From the NCBI GenBank assembly GCA_964199315.1, contig OZ116700.1, positions 23,994,001-24,058,000 of the forward strand: a DNA stretch of 64,000 nt, written 5' to 3'. The first letter of the stretch is position 1; each line of letters opens with the position of its first letter. The position numbers and the translations under genes are program-made. Positions 40,001-52,000 of the stretch are shown piece after piece. The notes beneath the pieces were generated by a model that had not been told where the DNA came from, made no database searches, and saw only the letters and a list, made by a program, of their open reading frames with translations. The stretch is from Orbicella franksi (taxonomy: Eukaryota).

Positions 40001-43000
40001 TGGAAACTTCACGAAGACTGCAACGAAAAGGGAAACGAATGAAGACAGAACGAATAAATGACTGAATTAATAAATGAATGACTCATTTTTTCCTCAAGTA
40101 CAAGCTATAGATCGTACGTTGTTTGTAACATCCGGGTATCGTAGGAGGCCTTGATCAAAAGTGCCTCGATTTGATGCAGTGCCATAATAAATTGGTCACG
40201 AGAAATTTCTTGACCGTCGCTGCCAGTCCAAGAGAGCTGTAAGGAAGGAAATAATTTTGAAAGGTTTTCTTGTTATATATTTATTTAATATTTATCCAAA
40301 GTCATTTAAAAATATAAAGGTAATCTACAGGGTCGGTAGCAGCTCTCGTAAGAAATGAAACATGGGCCTCAAAACAATAACAGCTGCTAACAAGCAAAAG
40401 AATTACAAGCTTACGAGAGCTGCTACACTGTTGAGTTTACATAGGGCCGTGACATAAAAAAGAGTAATGATAAATAAAAATTTATAGAAACATCTTACGT
40501 GTAATTTGAAATAAAGTAAAGAAACAAATGGAAACACAACGTAAGGAACAAACCTCGTAAAGCTTGACTTGGTAAACGTTTTCCTCGCTACTGTCTGCAG
40601 GAGTTTCTTTAAAGTGGTAAATAGAGATGTCTTTTCCCTAAAGCATGTAAAAAAGACAAATTATCGTTACCAACTGGCATGTGAATAATTCCACCTGTTA
40701 TCTCTCGTTCTTCGTTAATTGCGAACTACAAGGGCTAAGAGGCGGCATGTTTTGGAGAAGATTGCTATCCCATAACGCTCTATAGAGTAGGTACTCGCCA
40801 TAGCTTCTTATAGTTTCCTAAAGATCTTGAAAGAAGGGTTGAAGACACGACATCAAGATCTAAATATTGCCAAGAAAAAATTTAAAAAGTAAAAAAATAT
40901 AGACATTCATTCGAAAGGAAGATTGTCTTACAGTTAATTCGTCGCAGTTTGAGTGAAACATAACTTCAATTGACAGTTGTTGTCCCGGATATATAATGCG
41001 TACATTCTTTGGTAAGTTGTACCAAAACCACACGTTTGGATGTTGAACGGATTACTGCATGTGTGTTAGTGAGTGGTTATTTTGTAACTTTTTACTCTTT
41101 AATACTTACAACCAAGATGATATCTGGCGCGCGTATTGACTGCCCGTCAGAACTGGCGACAAACGAAATCACGTGGCTTAGAATACCGCCATATGACGTA
41201 ACCTAAAAAAGAAATAAGCAAAATGATTTGATGAAGATGGTCATATTTTTCAAAATTTTTTTTAAAGATGTCGTTGTAAACCAACCTTGTTTCCAGTGTA
41301 TTCTTGTGGCAACTTCCAGTATAAGATCTTGTTTTGAACGTCCTCCACCACAAATGACTGAAACGTCAGGTCTTTGGTCAGTGGATTAACGAAGAGATCC
41401 GAAGAATTTACTGGACTGAGCTCTGATGTGACAAGTGAGAAATTCAACAGCTCATTGACAGAGAAGGTAGATCGAATCTGACAAAAAATAAAAATAAACA
41501 ACCAACTTGAAACTATTTCAAATTGTGTAAACCAGGTACTCAAGACTGGCTCTAAATTAAGAAAACAAACAAACGAACAAAAAAGATTCAGAACTCTGAT
41601 TTGTGCGCTTCCCAGCCAGGGGCATGGATTGTTAGGACATGTAGATATCAGAGGTTAATGTTTCACGAAATCTCATTGAAATTACATTCGTCTTTAATGG
41701 GAAGTCACAAACGACAAAAATCAGTAAAACACTTTAATACAGATGGTAGAAGGAGATTCATGAATTGTCGTAAAACCAAGACCAAAGTAATCATTCTAGT
41801 CAAGAGACCATGATTTTTCTATCAGTCTCTTACTCCAGCCAATCACAAAGGACGCAGACAATACAGCGAACCAATCAAAGCTTGAAGTAATTACATGTAG
41901 CTGACGCCAAGCGCGGGAAAACGTGTACGAAGCAGTGACGATTGGTTTTGGTTTCACTTCTGATTGGATGAAATAGTGGCGCGGGTGTTCTAAGCCAATC
42001 GTGTGGCGAAGTGACGCAAAATCAATTTCGTTTCGACACTCAAGTGAAAACCGATCTATCTTAAGTTTAAACAAAACCTGCACTTTATAAACTGACTTAA
42101 AATGTTGACTAGGCGCGTGTGTTATCAATATTTGCATGCGGTCAACGTCACAGTTTACCTGTGTCCTGTTGAGCAGAGCACTCTGGCAGCTGTCAGAAAC
42201 TCCATTACAGAAACATGGTGTACAACCCTGAGGATTGTCAGCTTGGAGATTGAAAAATCCTGGTTTACATGTACCACAACTCACACCACGAACATTGGGC
42301 TAAAAACAAGTAAAGAGGACAGTCGTTAAACTAAATTTCAAATTTCCGTTAACAGACTCTGTGAGCAAAAACAGTTCAGTAGTTTTCGGGGAGTACGGAG
42401 CGAAGCTAATCTTCTTCCGAATCCTACTTTTAATCACCACGATATCAAAAAGTTAGTACAGTATATTTCCTATCCATGTGCAATCAATCAGTCTTAGCAG
42501 CAAACAACAGACGGAAGCTTACCGCGCATTCTTCTTTAGCGAGCTCACTGCAACTCACATCCGATAGTTTTTCTTCCTTCAAACTCACGTCCACTAGCTA
42601 CTATAGCTATAGGCTTCGCTCTTGCTCAAGCTAGCACACGATGACGACGAAAACAACAACAACAGATATACAACAACAAATCTAAAACAAAGTAAAAGTC
42701 TGTTTCTTAACCTTGCACAAGCATTTCTCTGCTCCGTTGTCCGCCTTAAGGTTCAAGCTGCCGCGGGAATCACAAGTTTTTAGTCCTGAAACTACGAGAA
42801 ATGTAGTAAAAAATTACAAAGAGTGTTGCAACGCACAATGTGTATAGGAAACTGGATTTTGCAATGTTAGAAAGAAAGGATAACTGATTATGTTTAACAC
42901 TAAACGCGCAAACTTGCAAGATACCTGGTACTTCAGTCGCTAGTTCACATTTAGAATGGTGTATCATGGGATTTCCAGTGAAGTTCACCGAACAGCTGTC

Positions 43001-46000
43001 AAAAATACAATATTATTATAAGATAACCAATGTAAAATAATTGTGACGACAGAAAACATTAACCTAACGCAACGCGTGAAAACTTGTTCAGTTTCCACTC
43101 TTTCTTTATCGGTTATTTCAAAACCTCATTCCTCGGCAGTTTTAGAAAACTGCCGAGGAATGAGGTTTCTGTCTTTAATATTGAAACATTGTGTGTGCTT
43201 ACCAACCTGGAAAGTTTTGTTGAAAGTCAAATGGAACAGTACGTACTTTTCCGAAAAATCCGTTCGGAATTTGTGGACTTCTTTCACAGGTGCTCCTCAT
43301 TTTTCCGTTGAGAGTGGAAAGTAGGGAATTTCCATCTGCCATCATCAGGAAACAAATAACCGAAAACCTTTACCACTGTTCTACTGCCACTCCAACTCGC
43401 TCCTTCTGTATTTCTTAATGTTGTATTGCATTTCTTCACATGCTGAACATATTAAAGCACTAATGAAGCTCAAAACTTACAGCTCACAGTTTCGTCCGGC
43501 GTATCCTTCAGGGCACGCATCACATGTTGGAAGACCGTCATCCTCAAGAAAACACGTTGGGCTAAATCTTGAAAAAAAAAAAAAAAAAAAAAAAAAACCG
43601 CAGGACCTTATAAACAATAGACACAGTGTCTTCGTTCCATGTAACTGACAACTGTACGGTAGTTCACAAATTGTGAACTAGCATTGCATCGTAGTAAAAC
43701 AGAGTAGAAACTGCAGACAAAATAAAGTTAAAACTGTTTTAAGATACGTCAATAACCGTAATTCTAAATAAAACGCATAATAAGTGAAATGTTCTAGTTG
43801 TCATTTTTCTTTGGCACTTGACTACGACTTAATGTACTGCCAGACTGAGTTCTGTTATAATACACAATTCGCCATATTTGCCAAGTAACACGTTAAGGAC
43901 ACCACAATTAGATAATAACACTCGTATACAGACATACTGATTTGGCGGTATGGTCAGCGGACATGGACACGGTTGGCAGTCAGTTGGGGTACCCTCCAAG
44001 GCGTTTCCAAAGTAACCTGATTGACACCTGTCACAATGTAAACCCTCGGTGTTGTGATGGCAGTCCTAATTAAAATGAAAAATCTAGTCATTACAGAAAG
44101 TCTATATCCTTAAGAAAACTGCAAATTTTAATCATTGCGAAATCACGCGGTTTGTGTTTCATTCAGAAGCATCCGATACCTAATAAAGAGTTGGAAGACT
44201 TTCCATTTAAACAACCACTCCCTCTTAAAATCTGTAAATTGCTATAAGGAAAATATAGCAGAACATGCATAAAAGCCCAGTTTTAAAGAATATCGGAACT
44301 GTCAAGTGAATCTCGGTTATGCACGGAATTCTTCGGCGGACCATCAATCCTAGTTCTGATGAGTTAGTTGTATTCTTGAAAAAGCGAGAGCAGTGAAAAG
44401 AACTACTTTAAACACTGCTTTTAGTTGTGCTTTTAATAATATAAGAACAGAGAAACCTAAGCAACTCACGAGACAAGTGCCGTTCTCCTGGTCACAAATG
44501 TTGGAATGTTCATTGCACGAGCACTTTATACAATCAGGTCCATCACTTGACCGAGTGTAGCCTGGGGAACAGTACTAACGAAAACAAAATATTGAGTAAA
44601 GAGAGAGCAATAAAGGGATTTGAAATAATATCAAAAAAGAAAAGCGAATTGACTTAATTCTGTCCCATTTTTAAGTCACCCAATTTAATGAGCTCAAATT
44701 TTTATAACAATCAACAAGTCTTGAAAGACTAGAGGAAAAAAGTGTAGAAGATGTCAAAGTTTTACAGCTAAATGATGTTTGTTACCCTGCCTAATGGAAT
44801 GAAGACGAACGAACACATGATGCAGTAAAAGAGAGGCGACTAAAGGTTATGTTTTTCTTTTAATGGTTTGGTGGTCACCAACTGGAACTTTTCGTGGTAA
44901 ATAAGAATTTCGTTTTCAGAGCTTTTCTCATGAAGTTTGGAAGGGACCCTTACGAACAGATGGTAACGTTCTGGGAGCGAAGTTGGTCAAGTGAGAGTAC
45001 ATCGGAGTAGAACAAAATAATGCGCTTCATAAACCTGGGCCATCAACTTGTAACATCCATTGCTTACATCTTCAAGCTCTGCCATGATTCCTCATGACTA
45101 GAATGCTTGTTGAAGAGCAGCACAAATGTCCACAGCTGTATAATTGATGACAAACTTATGACTGACCTACGATGAACCCACAAGACCCCTTGATGTTATT
45201 GTGGCATTCGAATCTTTCATTCTCAACCACGATTAGCAAAAAATAAGTAATTTTTTCGACTAGATGAGTTGTATTAAAGTCCCACTCAATTTTTTGAAGT
45301 AGGACACATCGCGGTTTCAACTTAGAAACGAAAGGATGGATTACCTCACAAGATAGTCCACTATAGCCCACAGGGCATTCACACTGTTCCACTAACAAGG
45401 CCTTTCCAAAGCCTATGTTGTGTGGGGATGCCACGTCAAGGGAAATGTCTTTAATGCTGTAAAAAAAGTAAATCCCTAGTCAGCTAGGAGGAGGGTTTCA
45501 ATTTTTTATTTAGATATGAAAAGTTCTTCATGTACCTTAATGAAGTGGCACTGGGTCCATCACCATGCGAGGCCCTTACATAGATGGCCTGGACGTCCGA
45601 TAACACACTCATGAAAGTGTCCCTGGAAGCTGGCTCTCCGTTAGATGAACGCCATTTTGCCTGAATAACAAGAAGAGGGAGCGAACTGGGAAAAATGAGC
45701 GGTTTTTAATATGACACATTTTGTTGAGACGGCACTATAAACAGCACCTATCATGTACTGTACGGCATACCTCTGTGAGAGAGACCTCCATTGATGTTTG
45801 ATAACCCTTAGTACTTGGCGGTTCTTCACGATAAAATACCAAGGTCCCCTGTTTTCCCTGACAAACATACATTGATTCATAAGTGACTACAGGATATCAA
45901 CGCCTGGCACCACTGGAGTAATTCCTTTTCATTTGCTGGATATGTTCACTGTTAAGCTAGGAACATTTTCTAATGAAATTCACAACTATGTTTTTGATCT

Positions 46001-49000
46001 GGCTCGGCTTTTGCCACGGCCTAAAGGAGCAATGTCATGGACGACACCTTGCAAAATTCAATCTAAAATTTGTTCTTTTGTAATCCAACATATTCTTTTC
46101 CAGTGTTACCCATTCTAATTCATGTTCCTTTTTGCTTAACAGATGCCCAAGATGAATCTCTACTTTCGTAAATTATTATTTTAAAGATAGATGATGTCTT
46201 TGGTATCAGTTTAAAGAATTCTTGTAAAAGGACGAGCCTGTCTCCTTGACGATGCAATTGCAACTGAAAGCAAGAGAAAATTGTCTCATACAAGTATCTC
46301 TTCTAACTCTTTCATGCACTGATTCCTGTGACCGTGGTTGAATCTCTTCTTGAAATACTTCATATTTTATGGAGGAAATGTTACCACCATTTTGGACAGC
46401 GATCATTGTAGCGCGCGACTAATGATATTCTAAACAGCTTGCAAACCAAGGTTTAGTACCAAATGTTCAATAAAGACGCGCTGAAACAACTTTAGCTGTT
46501 TTCAGGCGTTCGGTTTGGAGACTCGGCTTCGCACTGCTCCCCAACCGTCTGAACGCCTCTCCAGAGTCTAAAAAAACGTGTAATGTAAGCCATTTCTACT
46601 AAAAAGAGAATCCATACCACCAATCGAACGGCTTCTATGACCTGACCAGGTGTGGGAGATGGCGTTGTTGTGGTTTGCGTAACAGCCGCAGTTGTTGTTG
46701 TTACATCTAAAAAAAGAGATGGCACAGTAAAGATGGTTAAACTGCCAGAGTTCTATTCTTGAGCTAGTCTATACATAAATGTAAAGTGCATATTAACTGC
46801 AACTCTTAGTGAGGAGGACGCTGTTTGCTGAACAAAAATTTACGACCGACATGACACCTTATTGCAGTTGCCTCTAAGAGGGATTATGTCCCTAAAGAAA
46901 CGTAATCACTATATTTGCTCTCATTCGACCTTGTAATAAGTTTATCCGAGCTCAACCAAATCTCTAAAATCTAATCATTTGACAGGAATGTTTCTAAAAT
47001 ACAAATACATCTTCACTTAGTAGATAGAACAGGACATAAAGATGTCACCCGCCTTGATCTCTAAAGATACATTTTTAAACAAACCTGGTGTAGTTGCTTC
47101 TGAAGTTACCGTTTTTCTCGACCTCGAAGACACACTGGTGGTTGCTGCAGAAGACGCATATGTCACTGTTGTCATTGTTTCAGAAAGAGGCTTTTCAGTG
47201 CTGTAAGATGGAAAAGGCTCTGTAGTAGTTACATCATGATCACCATCGGTCGATGTATCCGTTGTTGTGTACAACGTAGCTGATTTTGTTGTTACTGCTC
47301 CTGAAGCAGGCTTGTCAGTGCTGTAGGCTGAAGGAGGCTCTGTAGCGGTTATATCATCTTGATCATCGGTCGATGTATCCTTTGTTGTGTACAACGTAGC
47401 TGATTTTGTTGTTACTACTCCTGAAGCGGGCTTGTTAGTGCTGTAGGCTGACGGAAGCTCTGAAGTAGTTGTTTCATCATCACCATCGGTCGATGTATCC
47501 TTTGTTGTGTACAACGTAGCTGATTTTGTTGTTACTGCTCCTAAAGCAGGCTCGTCAGTGCTGTAGGCTGACGGAGGTTCTGTAGTAGTTGTTTCATCAT
47601 CACCATCGGTCGATGTATCCTTTGTTGTGTATAACGTAGCTGATTTTGTTGTTACTGCTCCTAAAGCAGGCTTGTCAGTGCTGTAGGCTGACGGAGGCTC
47701 TGTAGTAGTTATTTCATCATCACCATCGGTCGATGTATACTTTGTGGTGTACAACGTAGCTGATTTTGTTGTTACTGCTCCTAAAGCAGGCTTGTCAGTG
47801 CTGTAGGCTGACGGAGGCTCTGTAGTAGTTATTTCATCATCACCATCGGTCGATGAATCCTTTGTTGTGTACAACGCATCTGATTTTGTTGTTACTGCTC
47901 CTAAAGCAGGCTTGTCAGTGCTGTAGGCTGAAGGAGGCTCTGTAGCGGTTATATCATCTTGATCATTGGTCGATGTATCCTTTGTTGTGTATAACGCTTC
48001 TGATTTTGTTGTTACTGCTCCTGAAGCAGGCTTGTCAGTGCTGTAGGCTGACGGAGGCTCTGTAGCGGTTATATCATCTTGATCATCGGTCGATGCGTCT
48101 GTTTTTGTGTGTGTGCTTGGTATTGTTGTCGCTGTTCTAGATAATGGTACGTAAGTACTGTAGGCTGAAGAGGGCTCAGCAGTGGTTGTTTCATCTTGTA
48201 CGTCAGTGAATGCATCTTTTGTTGTGTAAAACGTTCCTGGTATTGTTGTCCATGGTGGAAAAGTTGGTGTTTGTGTGCTGTACGCTAGCAGAGGCCCAGT
48301 AGTAGGTGTGTCATCTCGACCATCAGTCGACGAACTCACAGGAGAAGATGAGGCTGACACCGATGTCACTTTCTCCGAAGTAGCCCCTTCAGTACTGTAG
48401 GCTGAAGATGGCGCAAAGGTGGTTTTCTCGTCTTGATCATCGGTCGATGCTTCCGTTGTCGTGTGAAACGTTTCAGGTATTGCTGTCAATGTTTCCGAAG
48501 TAAGCTTTTCGCTGCTGTAGACTGAAGAATGATCAGCAGTGGTTGTTTCTTCTTGCCCGTCAGTGAATGCGTCCTTCGTTGTGCGAGGCATATCTGGTAT
48601 TGTTGTTCCTGTTGGAATAGTTGGCTTGTCCGTGCTGTAGACTGATCGAGACTCACTAGTTGACGTTTTATCTCGACCATCAGTTGAAGAACTCACAGGA
48701 AAAGATGTAGCTGGTACCGATGTCACTAACTCCGAAGTAGGCCTCTCAGTACTGTAAGCTGGAGATGGCGAAAACGTGGTCTTTTCATCTTCATCATTGG
48801 TTGATGCTTCCATCGTCGTGTGAAACGTATCTAGTATTGTTATCACCGTTTCCGATGTTAGCTTTTCACTACTGTAGACTGAAGGATACTCAGTAGGGGT
48901 TGTTTCAACTTGATTGTCAATGAATGCATCCGTTGTTGAATGCAATGTATCTGGTATTGTTGTCCTTGTTGGAAAGGTTGATGTTTCAGTGCGGTAGGCC

Positions 49001-52000
49001 GAAAGAAGCTCAGTAGTGGTTGTTTCATCTCGGCCAACGATGATCGATGTGTCTGTTGTTGTAAAAACTTTGTCTGGCACTGTTGTCTCCGTGTCCGAAG
49101 TAGGGAGGTCAGTGCTGAAGACTGAAGAGGGCACAAAAGTGGCTGCCGCATCTTCACCATCGGTCGATGTATCCGTTGTCGTGTAGTATGTGACCGGTAT
49201 TGTTGTTACTGCGTCTGAAGCAGTTCTATTAGTGGGTTGTGCTGAAGACGGCTGAGTAATCGTTGTTTCATCTTCACCATCGGTTGCTGAATCCGTTGTT
49301 GCGGGGAAAGTGTCTGGTATTGTTGATACTGGGTCAGAAGTAGGCTTGTCAGTGCCGTGGGCTGAAGAAGGCTCAGCAAAGGGCGTTTTATCCTGAGCAT
49401 TAGCCGCTGTACCTCTTGTAGTGTACAACAAATCTGGTATTGTTGTTACTGTTTCTGGAGGCCTTTCAGTAGTGTAAACTGAAGAAGGCGCGAAAGTGGT
49501 TGTGGCGTAGTGACCATCGGTATCGGTGGTCCCGTAATTCGTATCTGGTATTGTTGCTACTGCGTCTGAAATAGGCTTCTGAGTGCTGTAGGCAGAAGAG
49601 GGCTCAGAAGTGGTTGTTTCATCTTGACTATCCATTGATGCAACTGGTATTGTACTGTAGGCTGAGGTAGGCTGAAATGTGGTTGCCTCATCTTGGCCGT
49701 CAGTAAATGTATTCGGTGTTGGCTGAAACGTATCTGGCACCTGTACCGTTTTCAAAATAAGGGTGTCCGTAGTGTAGGCTATGTTTGTTTCATCTTGACC
49801 ATCAGTAGATTCATTCCATATAAAGGAAGATCTCTCAGGTATTGTTGAAATTGCTACCGATTCAGGGCTATCAGTACTGTAGGCTGAAGAAGACACAAAT
49901 CTGGCTTCTTCATCTTGACCGTCAGTGAATGCATCCGGCGCTGTAAAGGACGCATCTGGTATCGTTGATGTTGTCTCTGAAGTAGGCCCGTCAGTACTCG
50001 AGCCTGGAGATAGCAGGAAAGTTGTTGTATCACCCTTACCGTTGGTAAATGCATCCTTTGCTGTGGAAAACACAACTGGTATCGTTGTCGTTGCTGTCGC
50101 TGTCGTTGCAGCAGTTGTTAGGTGTTCTGGTTTGGCACTAGCTGTACTCGGAACTCTCCCAGTGTGTTTATCTTGATCAATAACTAGTTCGATGTCTTCG
50201 TCGGGGCTTGCAGTAGTCATACTACCGATCTTTCCAGTTGTAAAAATTGCTTTACCATCAATAGTCGGTTGCTGTGGTGTCCCCGGTTTTTTGCTAGTGG
50301 AGAACACAGTGTGAATTGGAGTTGTAGGGCTTTTGGTAGAATGTTTAAAGTTATTAACCTGGAATGCAGTTTGCTCAGACTCTACCTTAGATCTAAATAT
50401 TTCCTTGTTAACTTCTGTGGAAACAGATGCGGAACTGGCAGCCAGCTTTACAACACGACTATTTGTAGACGGCGTATTGGGAGCAGAAGTCACTTCGTCC
50501 GAATCGCCCAAGGACGGATCATCAATTCCAGATGCATCAATGTCACCTATCTCTTCGTCGCGGACATTGTCAATGTTATAATTAGCTACAAAACCCCTGC
50601 TGTTCAGTATTTCACGTAAACTTCTAAGGTATCTGGATGGATTCTTTACAGAACGATCCGTTATCCTGTTACCACCGTGGTACTTGACAGTGTAGCGGAG
50701 CTTTCCACCATAACTTGATAGCTTTGATAACAAAAAATAGCAAGCCATTTTGTCAATAGATATCACCTACAGTAGTTACGCAAGCCATAATGGCATTACA
50801 TTGACTGGCTCGAGGTAACATATCTAAATTATCCGATTTATAAAACTGCTGTTGGTCCCCCCAAAAATGACTTCTCCTGAAATGTGCGTTCGATTTGAAA
50901 CATTCATGTTGACATTTTACCTAAAAGTCATTACCTAAAACGTGTCAGGAAAGAAAACCTTAAAAGAGACACAACTGTATGACTATCCAAAATACCTTGA
51001 TTCTTTTTCTCAACACAAACTACAGCGCTGGTCTAAACAAACCATTGAAAATTTCAGCGAAAAATACTTTTCTGAAGCCACGGAGTGAAAAATGGAAATC
51101 AAATCTTTACCTTGTTTCCTAAAAGTTCCTTTGGCAGGGTCCAGTAATACTGGTTTCCTTTAGACATGTTATGTGCCACAAGCGCATTGTTCAAGTGGTC
51201 AGCCGTGTAGGTAATACCGGGCACATCAGATCCATTCACATCAACCAAATGCATAATGGGACGGGTGCTCTCATTTTTGAGTTGTATTTCAAGCTGCAAT
51301 AAGCGAGACAAAGAAAAGAAGTTGTGACACAAGAAATGAGGGAAGCAAACTGCTTTGAATAACTCATAGGTAAAACGTTTGAAGACACGCTGCCCCTGTT
51401 TCACAGGAATTCTTGTAGAGTGTTTATGGTTCCCTATTTTTCCTTGCGTTTGTCGAGATCGTACTCATATTTCAACGGCCGCCATCTTGACCATCTTCGT
51501 TCCAGACGGCGAGTGCAATATCCGTTGCGCGTAACTGAATTGGTCCTATCCCACGATTGCTCTAGTCATCGGAAACCAAGATGGTTGCTATTTGAAGTAT
51601 GCATCAGATCCCGACGTAAATGTGGGACTGTAAATAGTCTTTTTGTCTTTGAAGCTCTACAGTTGAGTGGCGTAGTATTTTTTTAAGTTAGGACGAACGA
51701 AGGGAAACTGAGATCTCGTTACGTGACGTTCACACTCGGCGGATTTATTAACTGTAATCCAAGCCGCCACTTCGACTTGACCAACCTTACTGGAACTGGC
51801 CATTTATAAAGGATAAAGAGAATGACTACGCACTTAAGGAACAATGTTATCTATCGTTTTGCCCTAACGTCTGACTCTGCGCGCCACAAAAGACAGTTTT
51901 CAGGTCTTTTATCTCTATGACCTTTGGTTATAACAAGCATAAGTCAAATTAAGTAGGACGTAATGACTATTAAGATGAAGAGCAAAGCGGGAATAAGGAC

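Noticed and set aside
43572-43597. Poly(A) run suggesting a retrocopy tail
   Set aside because: On the coding strand it is the poly(T) tract directly before the acceptor of exon 43481-43567.
46140-46270. Acceptor-like site followed by [27 protein letters not shown]-stop as an alternative terminal exon
   Set aside because: No domain similarity or other support, and the main exon chain is complete without it.
50623-50634. RYLR as a furin site at the start of the mucin insert
   Set aside because: Only the minimal R-x-x-R pattern, which is common by chance.
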